From NCBI GenBank assembly GCA_037133015.1, contig JBAXOX010000011.1:4479-68478 (forward strand): a DNA stretch of 64,000 bases, written 5' to 3'. The translations under genes and the position numbers were made by a program. Origin of the DNA: Acidobacteriota bacterium. Its GTDB lineage: Bacteria; Acidobacteriota; Vicinamibacteria; Vicinamibacterales; JAKQTR01. Below, piece after piece: positions 9,154-18,387 of the stretch; position 1 is the first letter of the stretch, and each line of letters opens with the position of its first letter. The notes under the pieces were generated by a model that had not been told where the DNA came from, did not search any database, and saw nothing but the letters and a program-made list of their open reading frames with translations.

Positions 9154-11088
9154 ATGGCCATCGGCATAAGGCTCCCCGACCTCGAACACTGGAAGGCCCA
9201 GGTCAGGTGCCAGACGGGCTGTCCCGTCTCCACCGACGCGGGCCGCTATGTACAACTGATCGCGGCTGGCCGTGACGAGGACGCCTTTCTCGTCGCTCGT
9301 GCGCCGAACCCGTTTGCCTCGGTCTGCGGCCGGGTCTGCGCGGCCCCATGCGAGGATGCGTGCCGCCGAGGCGCGATTGACGCCCCCGTGTCGATTCGTG
9401 CACTGAAGCGCCACCTCACCGAACAATATGGCGTCGAGTCGACGCGTCCCGGCACTCAGGATTGCCTGAGGTCGACACTGGTCGGCGAAGGCAACCGGTA
9501 CGCGGGTCACCTGCCGGTCTCGCCGGGCCGCCGGGACCCATCCGGTACCGGGCGGGCGCCGCGCAAGGTGGCGGTGATTGGCGGTGGGCCGGCCGGCATG
9601 GCTGCCGCGCACGACCTCGCGCTGCTCGGCTACACGGTCACGGTGTTTGAAGCGGCCAGCGAACCGGGTGGGATGATTCGCTTCGGCATCCCGGAGTACC
9701 GTCTGCCGCGCGCGCTCATCCGTGCCGAAATCGACAAGATTCAGTCGCTCGGCGTCGACGTGCGCCTGGGCACGCCGCTCACGCCGGAATTCGGCCTGGC
9801 CCAACTGCGGAGCCAGGGCTACGACGCGGTGTTTGTGGCGGTGGGCGTATCCGAGGGCCGGGATCTGGACGTGCCGGGCGTCGAACTGGACGGCGTGATC
9901 AAGGCCGTCGACTATTTGCTCAACGTCAATCGCGGCTATCGGGTGGATCTTGGCCGCAAGGTGGTCGTGGTGGGCGGCGGCTTCGTGGCCTTCGACGCCG
10001 CGCGCACTGCGCTTCGCGAGGGCGACGACGCGGGCGAACGGGCGGGCCTCGAGGCGGCGGCCGACGCGCGCGTCAAAGAAGCGCTCGATTCGGCCCGGTC
10101 CGCGATGCGCGCTGGCGCCCGAGACATCACGATTGTGTCGCTTGAGAACTTCGACGAGATGCCGGTCCTGTGCAGCACCCAGGGCCTCGAGGAATTTGAG
10201 GAGGCCCGCAAAGAAGGCATCCGCTTCCTCACCCGCCGAGGACCGTTGCGGTTCGAGGGGAGCGGCCGCCTGTCGTCGATCGCGCTGAGGGCGGTGCGGT
10301 CGGTGTTTGACGCCAGCGGCCGATTCGCCCCCGAGTACGACCTCCAGGACGTGATTTCGCTCGAGGCCGACACCTGCATCCTCGCCATCGGCCAGCGCCC
10401 AAACCTCTCGTTTCTCAAGCCGGCCGACCAGGTAGGCCTCACACCGGGTGGCACGATCCGCATCGACCCGGCGACCATGGCCACGTCCGCGCCCGGCGTG
10501 TACGCGGGGGGCGACGTGGCGTTTGGTCCCCGCAATCTGATCGAAGCGGTCGCCAACGGGAAGCGGGCGGCTCGCTCGATCCACGAATATCTTGCCGGCG
10601 GCGGAGCGCAGATCGTGCGCCACCTCGACATCGAGGCGCTGCCCACACCGCGCTACCGCATGATTGCCGGCTTCGAGCATCTGGATCGCAAGGCTCCGCC
10701 CACCCTCGACATCGGGCGTCGCACCGGCATCGCCGAGGTCGAAACCGGGTATGCGGCCCCCGATGCGCTGGATCAGGCCGCGCGCTGCCTGGTCTGCCAT
10801 GTCCAGACGATCTACGACCCCGAGCGCTGCGTCCTCTGCAGCCGGTGCGTCGACATCTGCCCCGAGTACTGCCTGGCGATCGTGCCGTTCGGCAGTCTGG
10901 ACCTCGACGCGGCGACACGCGACGCGCTGTCGACCAGGGCTGGCGCAACGGGCCTGCCGCTCTCCGCGATGATCAAAGACGACGAACGGTGCATCCGGTG
11001 CGGGCTGTGCGCCACGCGCTGCCCGACCGACGCGATGACGATGGAGACCTTCACGATTACGGAGCGGTTCGCGTCGGCGGAGGCGTGA
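9154..11088 (+). CDS. GltD-like NAD(P)H-dependent flavo-iron-sulfur oxidoreductase with C-terminal 2x[4Fe-4S] ferredoxin domain
   Basis: The N-terminal Cys-rich region (CQTGCPV...CGRVCAAPCEDAC) matches the glutamate synthase small-subunit family. It has the dinucleotide fold VAVIGGGPAGMAAAHDL plus a second one (VVVVGGGFVAFD). The C-terminus has CLVCH...CVLCSRCVDICP and CIRCGLCATRCP. No signal peptide, so it is cytoplasmic. Confidence 0.8.
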   Translation: MAIGIRLPDLEHWKAQVRCQTGCPVSTDAGRYVQLIAAGRDEDAFLVARAPNPFASVCGRVCAAPCEDACRRGAIDAPVSIRALKRHLTEQYGVESTRPGTQDCLRSTLVGEGNRYAGHLPVSPGRRDPSGTGRAPRKVAVIGGGPAGMAAAHDLALLGYTVTVFEAASEPGGMIRFGIPEYRLPRALIRAEIDKIQSLGVDVRLGTPLTPEFGLAQLRSQGYDAVFVAVGVSEGRDLDVPGVELDGVIKAVDYLLNVNRGYRVDLGRKVVVVGGGFVAFDAARTALREGDDAGERAGLEAAADARVKEALDSARSAMRAGARDITIVSLENFDEMPVLCSTQGLEEFEEARKEGIRFLTRRGPLRFEGSGRLSSIALRAVRSVFDASGRFAPEYDLQDVISLEADTCILAIGQRPNLSFLKPADQVGLTPGGTIRIDPATMATSAPGVYAGGDVAFGPRNLIEAVANGKRAARSIHEYLAGGGAQIVRHLDIEALPTPRYRMIAGFEHLDRKAPPTLDIGRRTGIAEVETGYAAPDALDQAARCLVCHVQTIYDPERCVLCSRCVDICPEYCLAIVPFGSLDLDAATRDALSTRAGATGLPLSAMIKDDERCIRCGLCATRCPTDAMTMETFTITERFASAEA

Positions 11089-11128
11089 ACCCGGTGATAC
11101 AGGCGCGTGGTTTCGGACTGGACAGGCT

Positions 11129-11650
11129 ATGAGCGATCCCAACGACCCCCATCGCAACGACCGGCGCGACTTTCTCTGCAAGATCGGCACGGGCGCCGGC
11201 CTCGTCGCCATCGCCGCACAGGCGGGAGCGTCGCTGCGGTCGCTGGTGCCCAACCTGACCTATGACGCGCCCACGACGGTGAAGTTAGGCCCGCCGGAGG
11301 AGTTCCCCGACGGGCTCAAGTTTCTGCCCGACGAGCGGGTCTTCGTGTTCCGGGCGGGCCGGACGTTTCATGCGATTTCTGCGGTCTGCACGCACCTGGG
11401 CTGCACGGTGCGCGCCGAGGCGCTGCCGCGCCCCGAAGACACGACGGTCGAAGGATTGCCCCTGCGCCTGACGCACCGGTTCCTGTGCCCGTGTCACGGC
11501 TCGAAATACAGCGGCGACGGCACCAACGTCGCCGGTCCGGCTCCCAAGCCGCTGGCCTGGTATCGCCTGTCGGTGTCTCCAGACGATGGGCAGTTGATCG
11601 TGAACCTTGCTGACGAAGTGGACCATCGCTTCCGACTGACGGTGGCCTGA
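11129..11650 (+). CDS. Rieske [2Fe-2S] protein of a cytochrome b/Rieske complex, Tat signal
   Basis: Twin-arginine motif NDRRDFLCKIGTGAGL. Rieske boxes CTHLGCTV and CPCHGSKY. Confidence 0.9.
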   Translation: MSDPNDPHRNDRRDFLCKIGTGAGLVAIAAQAGASLRSLVPNLTYDAPTTVKLGPPEEFPDGLKFLPDERVFVFRAGRTFHAISAVCTHLGCTVRAEALPRPEDTTVEGLPLRLTHRFLCPCHGSKYSGDGTNVAGPAPKPLAWYRLSVSPDDGQLIVNLADEVDHRFRLTVA

Positions 11651-11659
11651 GGTGCGCAC

Positions 11660-13006
11660 ATGACGTTGTTGCCGAAACGCGCGAATGGCGGGCCCACCGC
11701 GCCGGGCGTGCATCCGAGACGCCTGTGGAGTGTTCGCCCTGCATCGGACCGGGAGGCCGGCGATGCCGTCGTGTCGAACCTGCTGCTGCACTGGTTTCCC
11801 GCCAAGGTCGACAAAGGGTCGCTGGCCTGGACCTACTCGTTCTGGCTGGGGACGATCGCCGGCGCCCTGTTCGGGCTGCTCATCTTGTCGGGGCTGCCGC
11901 TGATGTTCTTGTACGTCCCGTCGGTGGAGCGGGCGTACCAGTCGGTCAAGGACATCGAATACGTCGTCACGTTCGGCTGGTGGCTGCGGGCCGTGCACCG
12001 CATCGGCGCGCACCTGATGGTGGTGGCGGTGGCGTTGCACCTGGCGCGGGTGTTCTTTACCGGCGCGTACAAGAACGGCGTGGGCGATGGGCAGCGCCGC
12101 GAGTGGAACTGGGTGATCGGCGTCTCGATGCTGCTGCTGACGCTGTTCCTGTCGTTTACCGGCTACCTGCTGCCGTGGGACCAGCTCGCGTTCTGGGCCG
12201 TCACCGTCGGCACCAACATCGCGTCGTCGGTGCCGCTGGTGGGTCCGAGGATCCGGGAGTTGCTGATCGGCGGGCGCGCGATCGAGCAGGCCACGCTGAT
12301 TCGCTTCTACGTGCTGCACATCATCGTGCTGCCGGGCGCGCTGGGCGGCCTGGTGGCGTACCACATGTGGCGCATCCGCAAGGACGGCGGGCTGGCGCGG
12401 GCCGACCGCGCGAGCGTGCTGGAGCAGGCGCGCGAGACCAACCCGGTGCCCTCGAAGACCTACACGCTGCTCGGCGTGGCCTCGGGCACCTCGCCACTGG
12501 TGCGGACCCTCTCGCTTGAGGCCCCAGACACGACGGTCAACGCGGTGCCCGACCTGACGCGCCGGGCGCTCATCGTGGTCCTCGGGACGTTTGCGGTCAT
12601 CAGCATCCTCGCCAGCGTGATTGGGTCGCCGCTCGAGGAGCCGGCCAACGCCCTGGTGACGCCGAACCCGGCGAAGGCGCCGTGGTACTTCCTGTGGCTG
12701 CAGGAGATCGTCACCGACACGACGCTCACGATCGGATCATTCACGATCAACGGCGCGTTCCTGGGCGGCGCCATCCTGCCCGGGGTGCTGGTCGGATTGC
12801 TCACGTTCTGGCCCTGGATGGACCGCTCGCCTCGATCGGAGACCGGCGTCTGGTTTCCGCGGTCCCGTCGCGCCCAGAATCTGGTGTTCATCGCCCTCAC
12901 GTTCGTCATCATCGCCTTCACCGTGGTGGGACTGCTGATGCGCGGGCCGTACTGGCACTTCTACTGGCCGTGGGAGACGTGGCCGGGCATTCCGGGGAGG
13001 ATCTGA
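11660..13006 (+). CDS. Cytochrome b (fused b6/subunit IV-type)
   Basis: 448 aa and polytopic. The region WLRAVHRIGAHLMVVAVALHLARVFFTGAYK carries the haem-ligand histidine spacing. PWDQLAFWAVTVGTN and the C-terminal PEWYFL-like NPAKAPWYFLWLQE are cytochrome b hallmarks. Confidence 0.9.
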   Translation: MTLLPKRANGGPTAPGVHPRRLWSVRPASDREAGDAVVSNLLLHWFPAKVDKGSLAWTYSFWLGTIAGALFGLLILSGLPLMFLYVPSVERAYQSVKDIEYVVTFGWWLRAVHRIGAHLMVVAVALHLARVFFTGAYKNGVGDGQRREWNWVIGVSMLLLTLFLSFTGYLLPWDQLAFWAVTVGTNIASSVPLVGPRIRELLIGGRAIEQATLIRFYVLHIIVLPGALGGLVAYHMWRIRKDGGLARADRASVLEQARETNPVPSKTYTLLGVASGTSPLVRTLSLEAPDTTVNAVPDLTRRALIVVLGTFAVISILASVIGSPLEEPANALVTPNPAKAPWYFLWLQEIVTDTTLTIGSFTINGAFLGGAILPGVLVGLLTFWPWMDRSPRSETGVWFPRSRRAQNLVFIALTFVIIAFTVVGLLMRGPYWHFYWPWETWPGIPGRI

Positions 13007-13007
13007 G

Positions 13008-14258
13008 ATGGAACAGCGAACGCAGTCGCCGTTTCCACGGATCGACCGACCTGTGCTGGCCGTGATCGGCGTCGTCCTGGTGATTGCCACCGCGTTGTTC
13101 GCGTGGAGCGATCGGCAGCACGACTACAAGTATTACCAGTACACGTTCAGGAACATGGTGGCCGAGAAGTTCGGCGCCGAGCGTGCGGCCACCGTGCCGT
13201 CCGGCATGCAGCAAATCTGGGTGCCGGGGCTGCGTCGGGCCGACCGCTGCATCACGTGCCACCAGGCCGTGACCTGGAAAGGGTTCGAGACGGCCGCCGA
13301 GCCCTACCGGTCGCATCCGGTCGAACTCCTCAGGGCGCACCCGACCGAGAAGTTCGGCTGCAGTGCGTGCCACGGCGGACAGGGCTGGGCCATCGACACC
13401 GCGGCCGCGCATGGCGAGGTGGCGCACTGGGAGGAGCCGCTGCTCGGCAAGCCCCTGGGGGCGTCGTACTCGCTGGCGGGCAACACCGCGGCGCTCATGC
13501 AGATGAACTGCAATCTCTGCCACCGCTACGAGCGCGACACCAAGGGGGCCGAGGCGATCAACAGGGCCAAGGCGTTGGTCCAGAGCAAAGGCTGCCGCGC
13601 CTGCCACGTCATCAACAGCCGGGGCGGCACGATCGGGCCCGACCTGACGTGGGTCGGTGACAAGGCGCCCGAGCAGTACGACTACAGCCGGTTGTCGGGC
13701 CAGACCACCGCGTTCGCGTGGCACGTGGGCCACCTGAAGGATCCGCGAGCGCTGGTGCAGGACACGGTGATGCCGAACTTCAACCTCAGCACCCAGGACG
13801 CGCAGGCGCTGGCGATGCTCGTGCTGTCGTGGAAGAAGGCGCCCTTCGATGCGGCGTTTCTCGCCGGGGTGCCCCGCACCGATCCCCAGACCGTCGATGA
13901 GAAGAAGGCGGAAGAGGACATGAAGACGGGGCCCGGCGCCTGGTTCGTCTCGACGGGCTGCTTCGTGTGCCATTCGATCGCGGCGCTCAAGGTGAAGAGC
14001 CCGGCGCAGATCGGGCCCGACCTGTCGACCGCCGTAGAGGACACGCAGAAGCGCTTCGGCCTCACCGTGGACCGGTTCCTGAAGAATCCGACGGGCACCA
14101 TGTCGGTGGTGCTGTCGCGGCAGATTATCCTGACGCCGGAACAAAAGGACATCGCGATCCAGAAACTGCGCGAGGCGTTCGCCGCCTACCAGCGGCAGGT
14201 GGCCGAGGGCAACAACCCGCTGGCGCCGGCCGGAAGCGAGGGCGCGGCGAAGAAATAG
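13008..14258 (+). CDS. Membrane-anchored pentahaem c-type cytochrome
   Basis: N-terminal TM helix (VLAVIGVVLVIATALFAW). Five CxxCH motifs: CITCH, CSACH, CNLCH, CRACH, CFVCH. The last two sit in class-I-like contexts (..GGTIGPDL, ..QIGPDL). It starts 1 nt after the cytochrome b stop. Confidence 0.85.
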   Translation: MEQRTQSPFPRIDRPVLAVIGVVLVIATALFAWSDRQHDYKYYQYTFRNMVAEKFGAERAATVPSGMQQIWVPGLRRADRCITCHQAVTWKGFETAAEPYRSHPVELLRAHPTEKFGCSACHGGQGWAIDTAAAHGEVAHWEEPLLGKPLGASYSLAGNTAALMQMNCNLCHRYERDTKGAEAINRAKALVQSKGCRACHVINSRGGTIGPDLTWVGDKAPEQYDYSRLSGQTTAFAWHVGHLKDPRALVQDTVMPNFNLSTQDAQALAMLVLSWKKAPFDAAFLAGVPRTDPQTVDEKKAEEDMKTGPGAWFVSTGCFVCHSIAALKVKSPAQIGPDLSTAVEDTQKRFGLTVDRFLKNPTGTMSVVLSRQIILTPEQKDIAIQKLREAFAAYQRQVAEGNNPLAPAGSEGAAKK

Positions 14259-14357
14259 TCGGTGTCGTCTGAGGCCGCAGGCAACGCCCGGTTGACCTGG
14301 ATCCCGCCTCTCGCGCAGAAGGGCCCGGGCTGCGATGGTGGTATGGAGGAGAGGCAT

Positions 14358-16217
14358 ATGAGCTGGATTCGATTCCGAACGGCGGGTTGGGCGGTGGTCG
14401 GCGTGCTGGTGTTGATCGTGTTCGCGAGCCGCTGCGCTCCGAGTGCGCCCAAAGCGGGCAAGACGGCGGGGGCCGGCACGTCGGATATGGCGGTGGCCGC
14501 GCAGAAGACCTACGTCGCTCCGGGCGACCTCGACGAGTACTACCTCTTCTCGTCGGGCGGCCACTCCGGGCAGGTCTACGTGTACGGCGTCCCATCGATG
14601 CGGCACATCTCCACCATCCCGGTCTTTACGCCCTATCCGGGCACCGGGTACGGCTTCGACGACGACACGAAGAAGATGCTGGGCAACCTCACGTGGGGCG
14701 ACGCGCACCACCCCGCGCTGTCCGAAACCAAGGGCGACTACGACGGCCGCTGGCTCTTCATCAACGACATGAACGGCCGGGTCGCGCGCATCGACCTGCG
14801 CGACTTCAAGACGAAACAGATTCTCGGACCGATCCCCAACGTGTCGGGCAACCACGGGTCGGCGTTCGTCACGCCCAACTCCGAGTACTCGATGATGTCG
14901 TCGCGCTTCTCGATCCCCCTCCCCAAGGGCACGCCGGTCGAGGTCGCGAAATACGCCACCGACTACAAGGGCGTGATCACCGGCATCAAGATCGACCCGA
15001 AGAGCGGGGAGATGTCGTTCGGGTGGCAGGTGCTGGTGCCGCCGTTCAACTACGATATCGGCGACGCGGGGAAGCTGGTCTCCGACGGCTACATGTTCTT
15101 TACCTCTTACAACACCGAACGCGCCACCGGCAAGCTTGAGGTGACCTCGACCCAGCGCGACCGCGACTACATCGCCATGGTGAACTGGAAGATGGCCGAG
15201 AAGGCTGCCGCCGAAGGCAAAGGCACGATGATCGGCGGGGTCAAGGTGCTCAGCCCGAAGGAACTTCCGGGCCTCGTGTACTTCCTGCCGTGCGGCAAGT
15301 CGCCCCACGGTGTCGACGTCGCGCCAAACGGCAACTGGATTGTCGGCTCCGGCAAGCTGCAGGGCGTGACCACGGTCTTCAACTTCGAGAAGATCCAGAC
15401 CGCCATCCGCAACAAAGACTTCACCGGAGACGAGGACGGCATCCCGGTCCTGAAGTACGAGTCGATCAAGGACGCCGAAGTGTCGGTGGGCCTCGGGCCG
15501 CTGCACACGCAGTTCGGGCCTGACGGCTGGGCCTACACGTCGCTGTTTGTCGACAGCGCGATCGCGAAGTGGAAGCTCGGCACGTGGGAAGTGGTGGACA
15601 AGGTGCCGATGTCGTACTCGATCGGACACCTCGCGGCCGCCGAGGGCGACACGGTGAGCCCGGACGGCAAGTACCTCGTGGGCCTCAACAAGCTGTCGCA
15701 CGGGCGGCACCTGTCGGTCGGGCCTTCGCAGCCCGAGTCGTCGCAACTGGTCGACATCTCCGACGAAAAGATGAAGCTGCTCTACGACGCCTTTACCGAG
15801 CCCGAGCCGCACTACGCCCAGATGGTGAAGGCCGACAAACTCCATCCGATCGAGGTGTACCCGAAAGAAGAGAGCAAACATCCGCTGGCCATCTGGGACG
15901 TCAAGGACGCGGGCGTCACCCGGAACGGCAACAAGGTGCTGGTGAAGATGGTGGCGGTGCGGTCCACCCTGACGCCGACGGATTTCGAAATTCGGGAAGG
16001 CGACGAGATCACCATCGCCATCACCAACATCGAGCAGACCACCGACGAACTGCATGGCCTCGGGATCCTCGACTACAACATCAACATCGTCGTGGACCCC
16101 GGCGAAACCAAGACCGTGACGTTCAAGGCGGCCAAGAAGGGCGTGTTCCCGTACTACTGCACGAACTTCTGCTCGGCGCTCCATCAGGAGATGCAGGGCT
16201 ACATGATCGTCCGCTAA
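14358..16217 (+). CDS. nosZ: Nitrous-oxide reductase NosZ, Sec-type (clade II)
   Basis: ATG at 14358 is preceded by GGAGGAG. The N-terminus MSWIRFRTAGWAVVGVLVLIVFAS is hydrophobic and lacks a twin-arginine motif. DLDEYYLFSSGGHSGQ and WGDAHHPALSE propeller motifs are present. The C-terminal CuA site is YYCTNFCSALHQEM. Confidence 0.92.
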   Translation: MSWIRFRTAGWAVVGVLVLIVFASRCAPSAPKAGKTAGAGTSDMAVAAQKTYVAPGDLDEYYLFSSGGHSGQVYVYGVPSMRHISTIPVFTPYPGTGYGFDDDTKKMLGNLTWGDAHHPALSETKGDYDGRWLFINDMNGRVARIDLRDFKTKQILGPIPNVSGNHGSAFVTPNSEYSMMSSRFSIPLPKGTPVEVAKYATDYKGVITGIKIDPKSGEMSFGWQVLVPPFNYDIGDAGKLVSDGYMFFTSYNTERATGKLEVTSTQRDRDYIAMVNWKMAEKAAAEGKGTMIGGVKVLSPKELPGLVYFLPCGKSPHGVDVAPNGNWIVGSGKLQGVTTVFNFEKIQTAIRNKDFTGDEDGIPVLKYESIKDAEVSVGLGPLHTQFGPDGWAYTSLFVDSAIAKWKLGTWEVVDKVPMSYSIGHLAAAEGDTVSPDGKYLVGLNKLSHGRHLSVGPSQPESSQLVDISDEKMKLLYDAFTEPEPHYAQMVKADKLHPIEVYPKEESKHPLAIWDVKDAGVTRNGNKVLVKMVAVRSTLTPTDFEIREGDEITIAITNIEQTTDELHGLGILDYNINIVVDPGETKTVTFKAAKKGVFPYYCTNFCSALHQEMQGYMIVR

Positions 16218-16226
16218 GACCGACGA

Positions 16227-16263
16227 GGCAGGTGCGCCCGTGCTGATCACGGGCGTGCCTGCC
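16227..16263 (+). terminator. Strong stem-loop just downstream of nosZ (attenuator, partial terminator or mRNA stabiliser)
   Basis: GGCAGGTGCGCCCGTG-ctgat-CACGGGCGTGCCTGCC forms a 16-bp stem (two G-U wobbles) with a 5-nt loop, starting 10 nt after the nosZ stop. It is followed by ATATTCGACTTCG, with no clean U-tract. Confidence 0.5.
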
Positions 16264-16339
16264 ATATTCGACTTCGATGGGGCGCTCGGGCGGCCGGCAC
16301 CGCCCGCGCCCCGCGCCTCCTCCCCCCGGAGTACCTGCC

Positions 16340-16981
16340 ATGCACAGTGTGTTCGAGCGGCTCAACCGGCGGCTTGCGCAACCGCTCGGGGCCGGGCCGC
16401 GCGTGATGATTTTAGCTGCCGCCCTGCTGGCGATGGCCATCTACGTGCTGCCGCTCTGGAACCTGACGATGTTCGCGCCCCAGTATCCGGAAGGGTTGCG
16501 GCTCGACATTTACAGCTACAAGCTGGAGGGCGGGCACAACGGCCAGGACGTCAAGGAAATCAACATCCTGAACCACTACATCGGCATGAAGGACCTGGTG
16601 ACCGAAGACTTCACCGAATTCAAGTGGCTGCCGTTCGTCGTGGGAGCGCTCGCGGTTCTGTACTTGAGAGCAGCCGTGCTGGGCACACTCGGACAGCTCG
16701 TCGACGTGCTGGTGCTCAATTTCTATTTCTCCGCGTTTGCCCTGTGGTCGTTCGGATACAAGTTGTACTCGTATGGACACAACCTGGCGCCGACCGCCGC
16801 CGTCAAGGTTCCGCCGTTCATGCCGCCGATGTTCGGCTCGAGGCAGTTGGCCAACTTCGAAGTCTATTCCTATCCGGAGGGCGCATCCTACGCGCTGGGC
16901 TGCGCCACGGTCCTGCTGTGTGGCGCGCTGATCGTCGGGTGGCGACAGAGCATCCGGGCCGAGGGGCCAGGCGAACGATGA
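16340..16981 (+). CDS. nosB: NosB, integral membrane protein of clade II nos clusters
   Basis: ATG at 16340 (MHSVFERLNRRL...). It has several TM segments and lies immediately after nosZ and before nosD, as in clade II clusters. The stop overlaps the nosD start (ATGA). The symbol is assigned mainly from position and topology. Confidence 0.65.
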   Translation: MHSVFERLNRRLAQPLGAGPRVMILAAALLAMAIYVLPLWNLTMFAPQYPEGLRLDIYSYKLEGGHNGQDVKEINILNHYIGMKDLVTEDFTEFKWLPFVVGALAVLYLRAAVLGTLGQLVDVLVLNFYFSAFALWSFGYKLYSYGHNLAPTAAVKVPPFMPPMFGSRQLANFEVYSYPEGASYALGCATVLLCGALIVGWRQSIRAEGPGER

Positions 16982-18387
16982 CGCGTCTGGTGTGCGCGGC
17001 CCTGCTGATCGGTGCGACGGCGGTGGCCGCCTCGGCCGAGGCTCAGGAGTCGCACGCCGCCGTGCCCGGTGCCCTCGAAGGCCGTCCAGACGCGCGCGCC
17101 GCATCGCCCCTGCAGCGCCGCATCGACGCGGCGAAGCCCGGCGATCGACTCGTGGTCGTTGCGGGCACCTACAAAGGCGACCTGCTGATCGACAAACCGC
17201 TCACGCTGACTGGCGAAGGCAGGCCCCTCATCGAGGGCTCCGGTGCCGGCAGCGTGATTCGCGTTCGCGCCGCCGATGTCACCCTCGAGGGGTTCGACAT
17301 CGACGGCCTGGGCCGGGGCGACCTCGGCCTCGACTCCTCGGGTATCCACGTGGCGGCGCCGCGCGCCACGATTCGGGACTGCCGCGTCCGCGGCTCCCTG
17401 TTCGGCATCTACCTCCGCGAAGCGCCCGGCTCCACGGTGACGCACTCGGTGGTGACGGGTGTGCCACGCCTCCAACCCGGCGAGAAGGGATCCGGCATCC
17501 ACGTCTGGAACACCGACCGGTTCACGCTCACCGACAACCTGATCGTCGACGTGCGCGACGGGTTCTACATCCAGTCGTCGCCCCACGGGTACGTCGCCAG
17601 GAACACCGCGCGCGATCTTCGCTACGGCCTCCACTACATGTTCTCGGACGACAATACGTTCGACGACAATACGTTCGAGAACGCGGCGGCCGGCACGGCG
17701 CTGATGTACTCGCGGCGCATCGTCTTCCGGCGCAACCGGTTCCTGCACAACCGGGGCTTCGCCTCCGTCGGCCTCCTGTTCAAGAGCTGCGACGATGTCG
17801 TGGCCGACGACAACCTCATCGCAGACAACGCCCGGGGGGTGTTCCTCGAGGGATCCAACCGCACCAGCTTTCGCCGCAACGTCATCGCCGAATCCGACAC
17901 CGCCGTCGTGCTCTATGACTCGTGCACGCAGACCCGCTTTACGGGCAATTCGTTTGTCGCGAACCTCACGCCGTTGATGCTGAGCGGCAGGCGCACCGAC
18001 GCGGTGTTCGACGGCAACTACTGGTCCGACAACACCACTCCCGACCTGGACGGCGATGGCATTGCCGATCGGCCCTTCCGGCTGTCGAACGTGTTCGATC
18101 ATGTCCGGGGAAACCTGACGGCCGCCGATCTGTTCGCTCAGGGCCCCGGGGCATCGGCGCTGGCGGCCGCCGAGCAGGCCTTCCCCGTGCTTCGGCTCGT
18201 TCCCGTCGAGGACGCCCGTCCGCTCGCCCGCCCGCCCGCGCTGCCTGCCGTGCCCAGCCCGGATCGGCAGAGCCGGGCCGCCAGACCAGCGGGCATCGCC
18301 TTGTCGCTGGCCGCGGTCGGGATAGGTACGCTTGCCGCCGCCGCCAGCCGTGTCCGTCGCCGCGCCGCCTGCCGGAGACCGGCATGA
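16978..18387 (+). CDS. nosD: NosD, periplasmic parallel beta-helix protein for CuZ maturation
   Basis: ATG at 16978 with a signal peptide (MTRLVCAALLIGATAVAASAEAQ). It has repetitive right-handed beta-helix-type segments (GIHVAAP.., GIYLRE.., GIHVWN.., GFYIQSS.., GLHYMFS.., ALMYS..). Positioned before nosF. The track ORF start at 16240 is a spurious extension. Confidence 0.85.
   Translation: MTRLVCAALLIGATAVAASAEAQESHAAVPGALEGRPDARAASPLQRRIDAAKPGDRLVVVAGTYKGDLLIDKPLTLTGEGRPLIEGSGAGSVIRVRAADVTLEGFDIDGLGRGDLGLDSSGIHVAAPRATIRDCRVRGSLFGIYLREAPGSTVTHSVVTGVPRLQPGEKGSGIHVWNTDRFTLTDNLIVDVRDGFYIQSSPHGYVARNTARDLRYGLHYMFSDDNTFDDNTFENAAAGTALMYSRRIVFRRNRFLHNRGFASVGLLFKSCDDVVADDNLIADNARGVFLEGSNRTSFRRNVIAESDTAVVLYDSCTQTRFTGNSFVANLTPLMLSGRRTDAVFDGNYWSDNTTPDLDGDGIADRPFRLSNVFDHVRGNLTAADLFAQGPGASALAAAEQAFPVLRLVPVEDARPLARPPALPAVPSPDRQSRAARPAGIALSLAAVGIGTLAAAASRVRRRAACRRPA

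Noticed and set aside
12918-16265. 1115-aa minus-strand ORF antisense to the cytochrome c and nosZ genes. Similar giant antisense or alternate-frame ORFs occur at 9133-11253, 26573-28708, 29294-32077, 39258-42494, 42621-45425, 46058-47272 and 47652-49235.
   Set aside because: These are typical high-GC artefacts. Their translations are Arg/Gly/Pro/Ala/His-rich without motifs. The opposite strand or frame carries unambiguous conserved domains (CuA site, CxxCH, Walker motifs, HxxE, and others).
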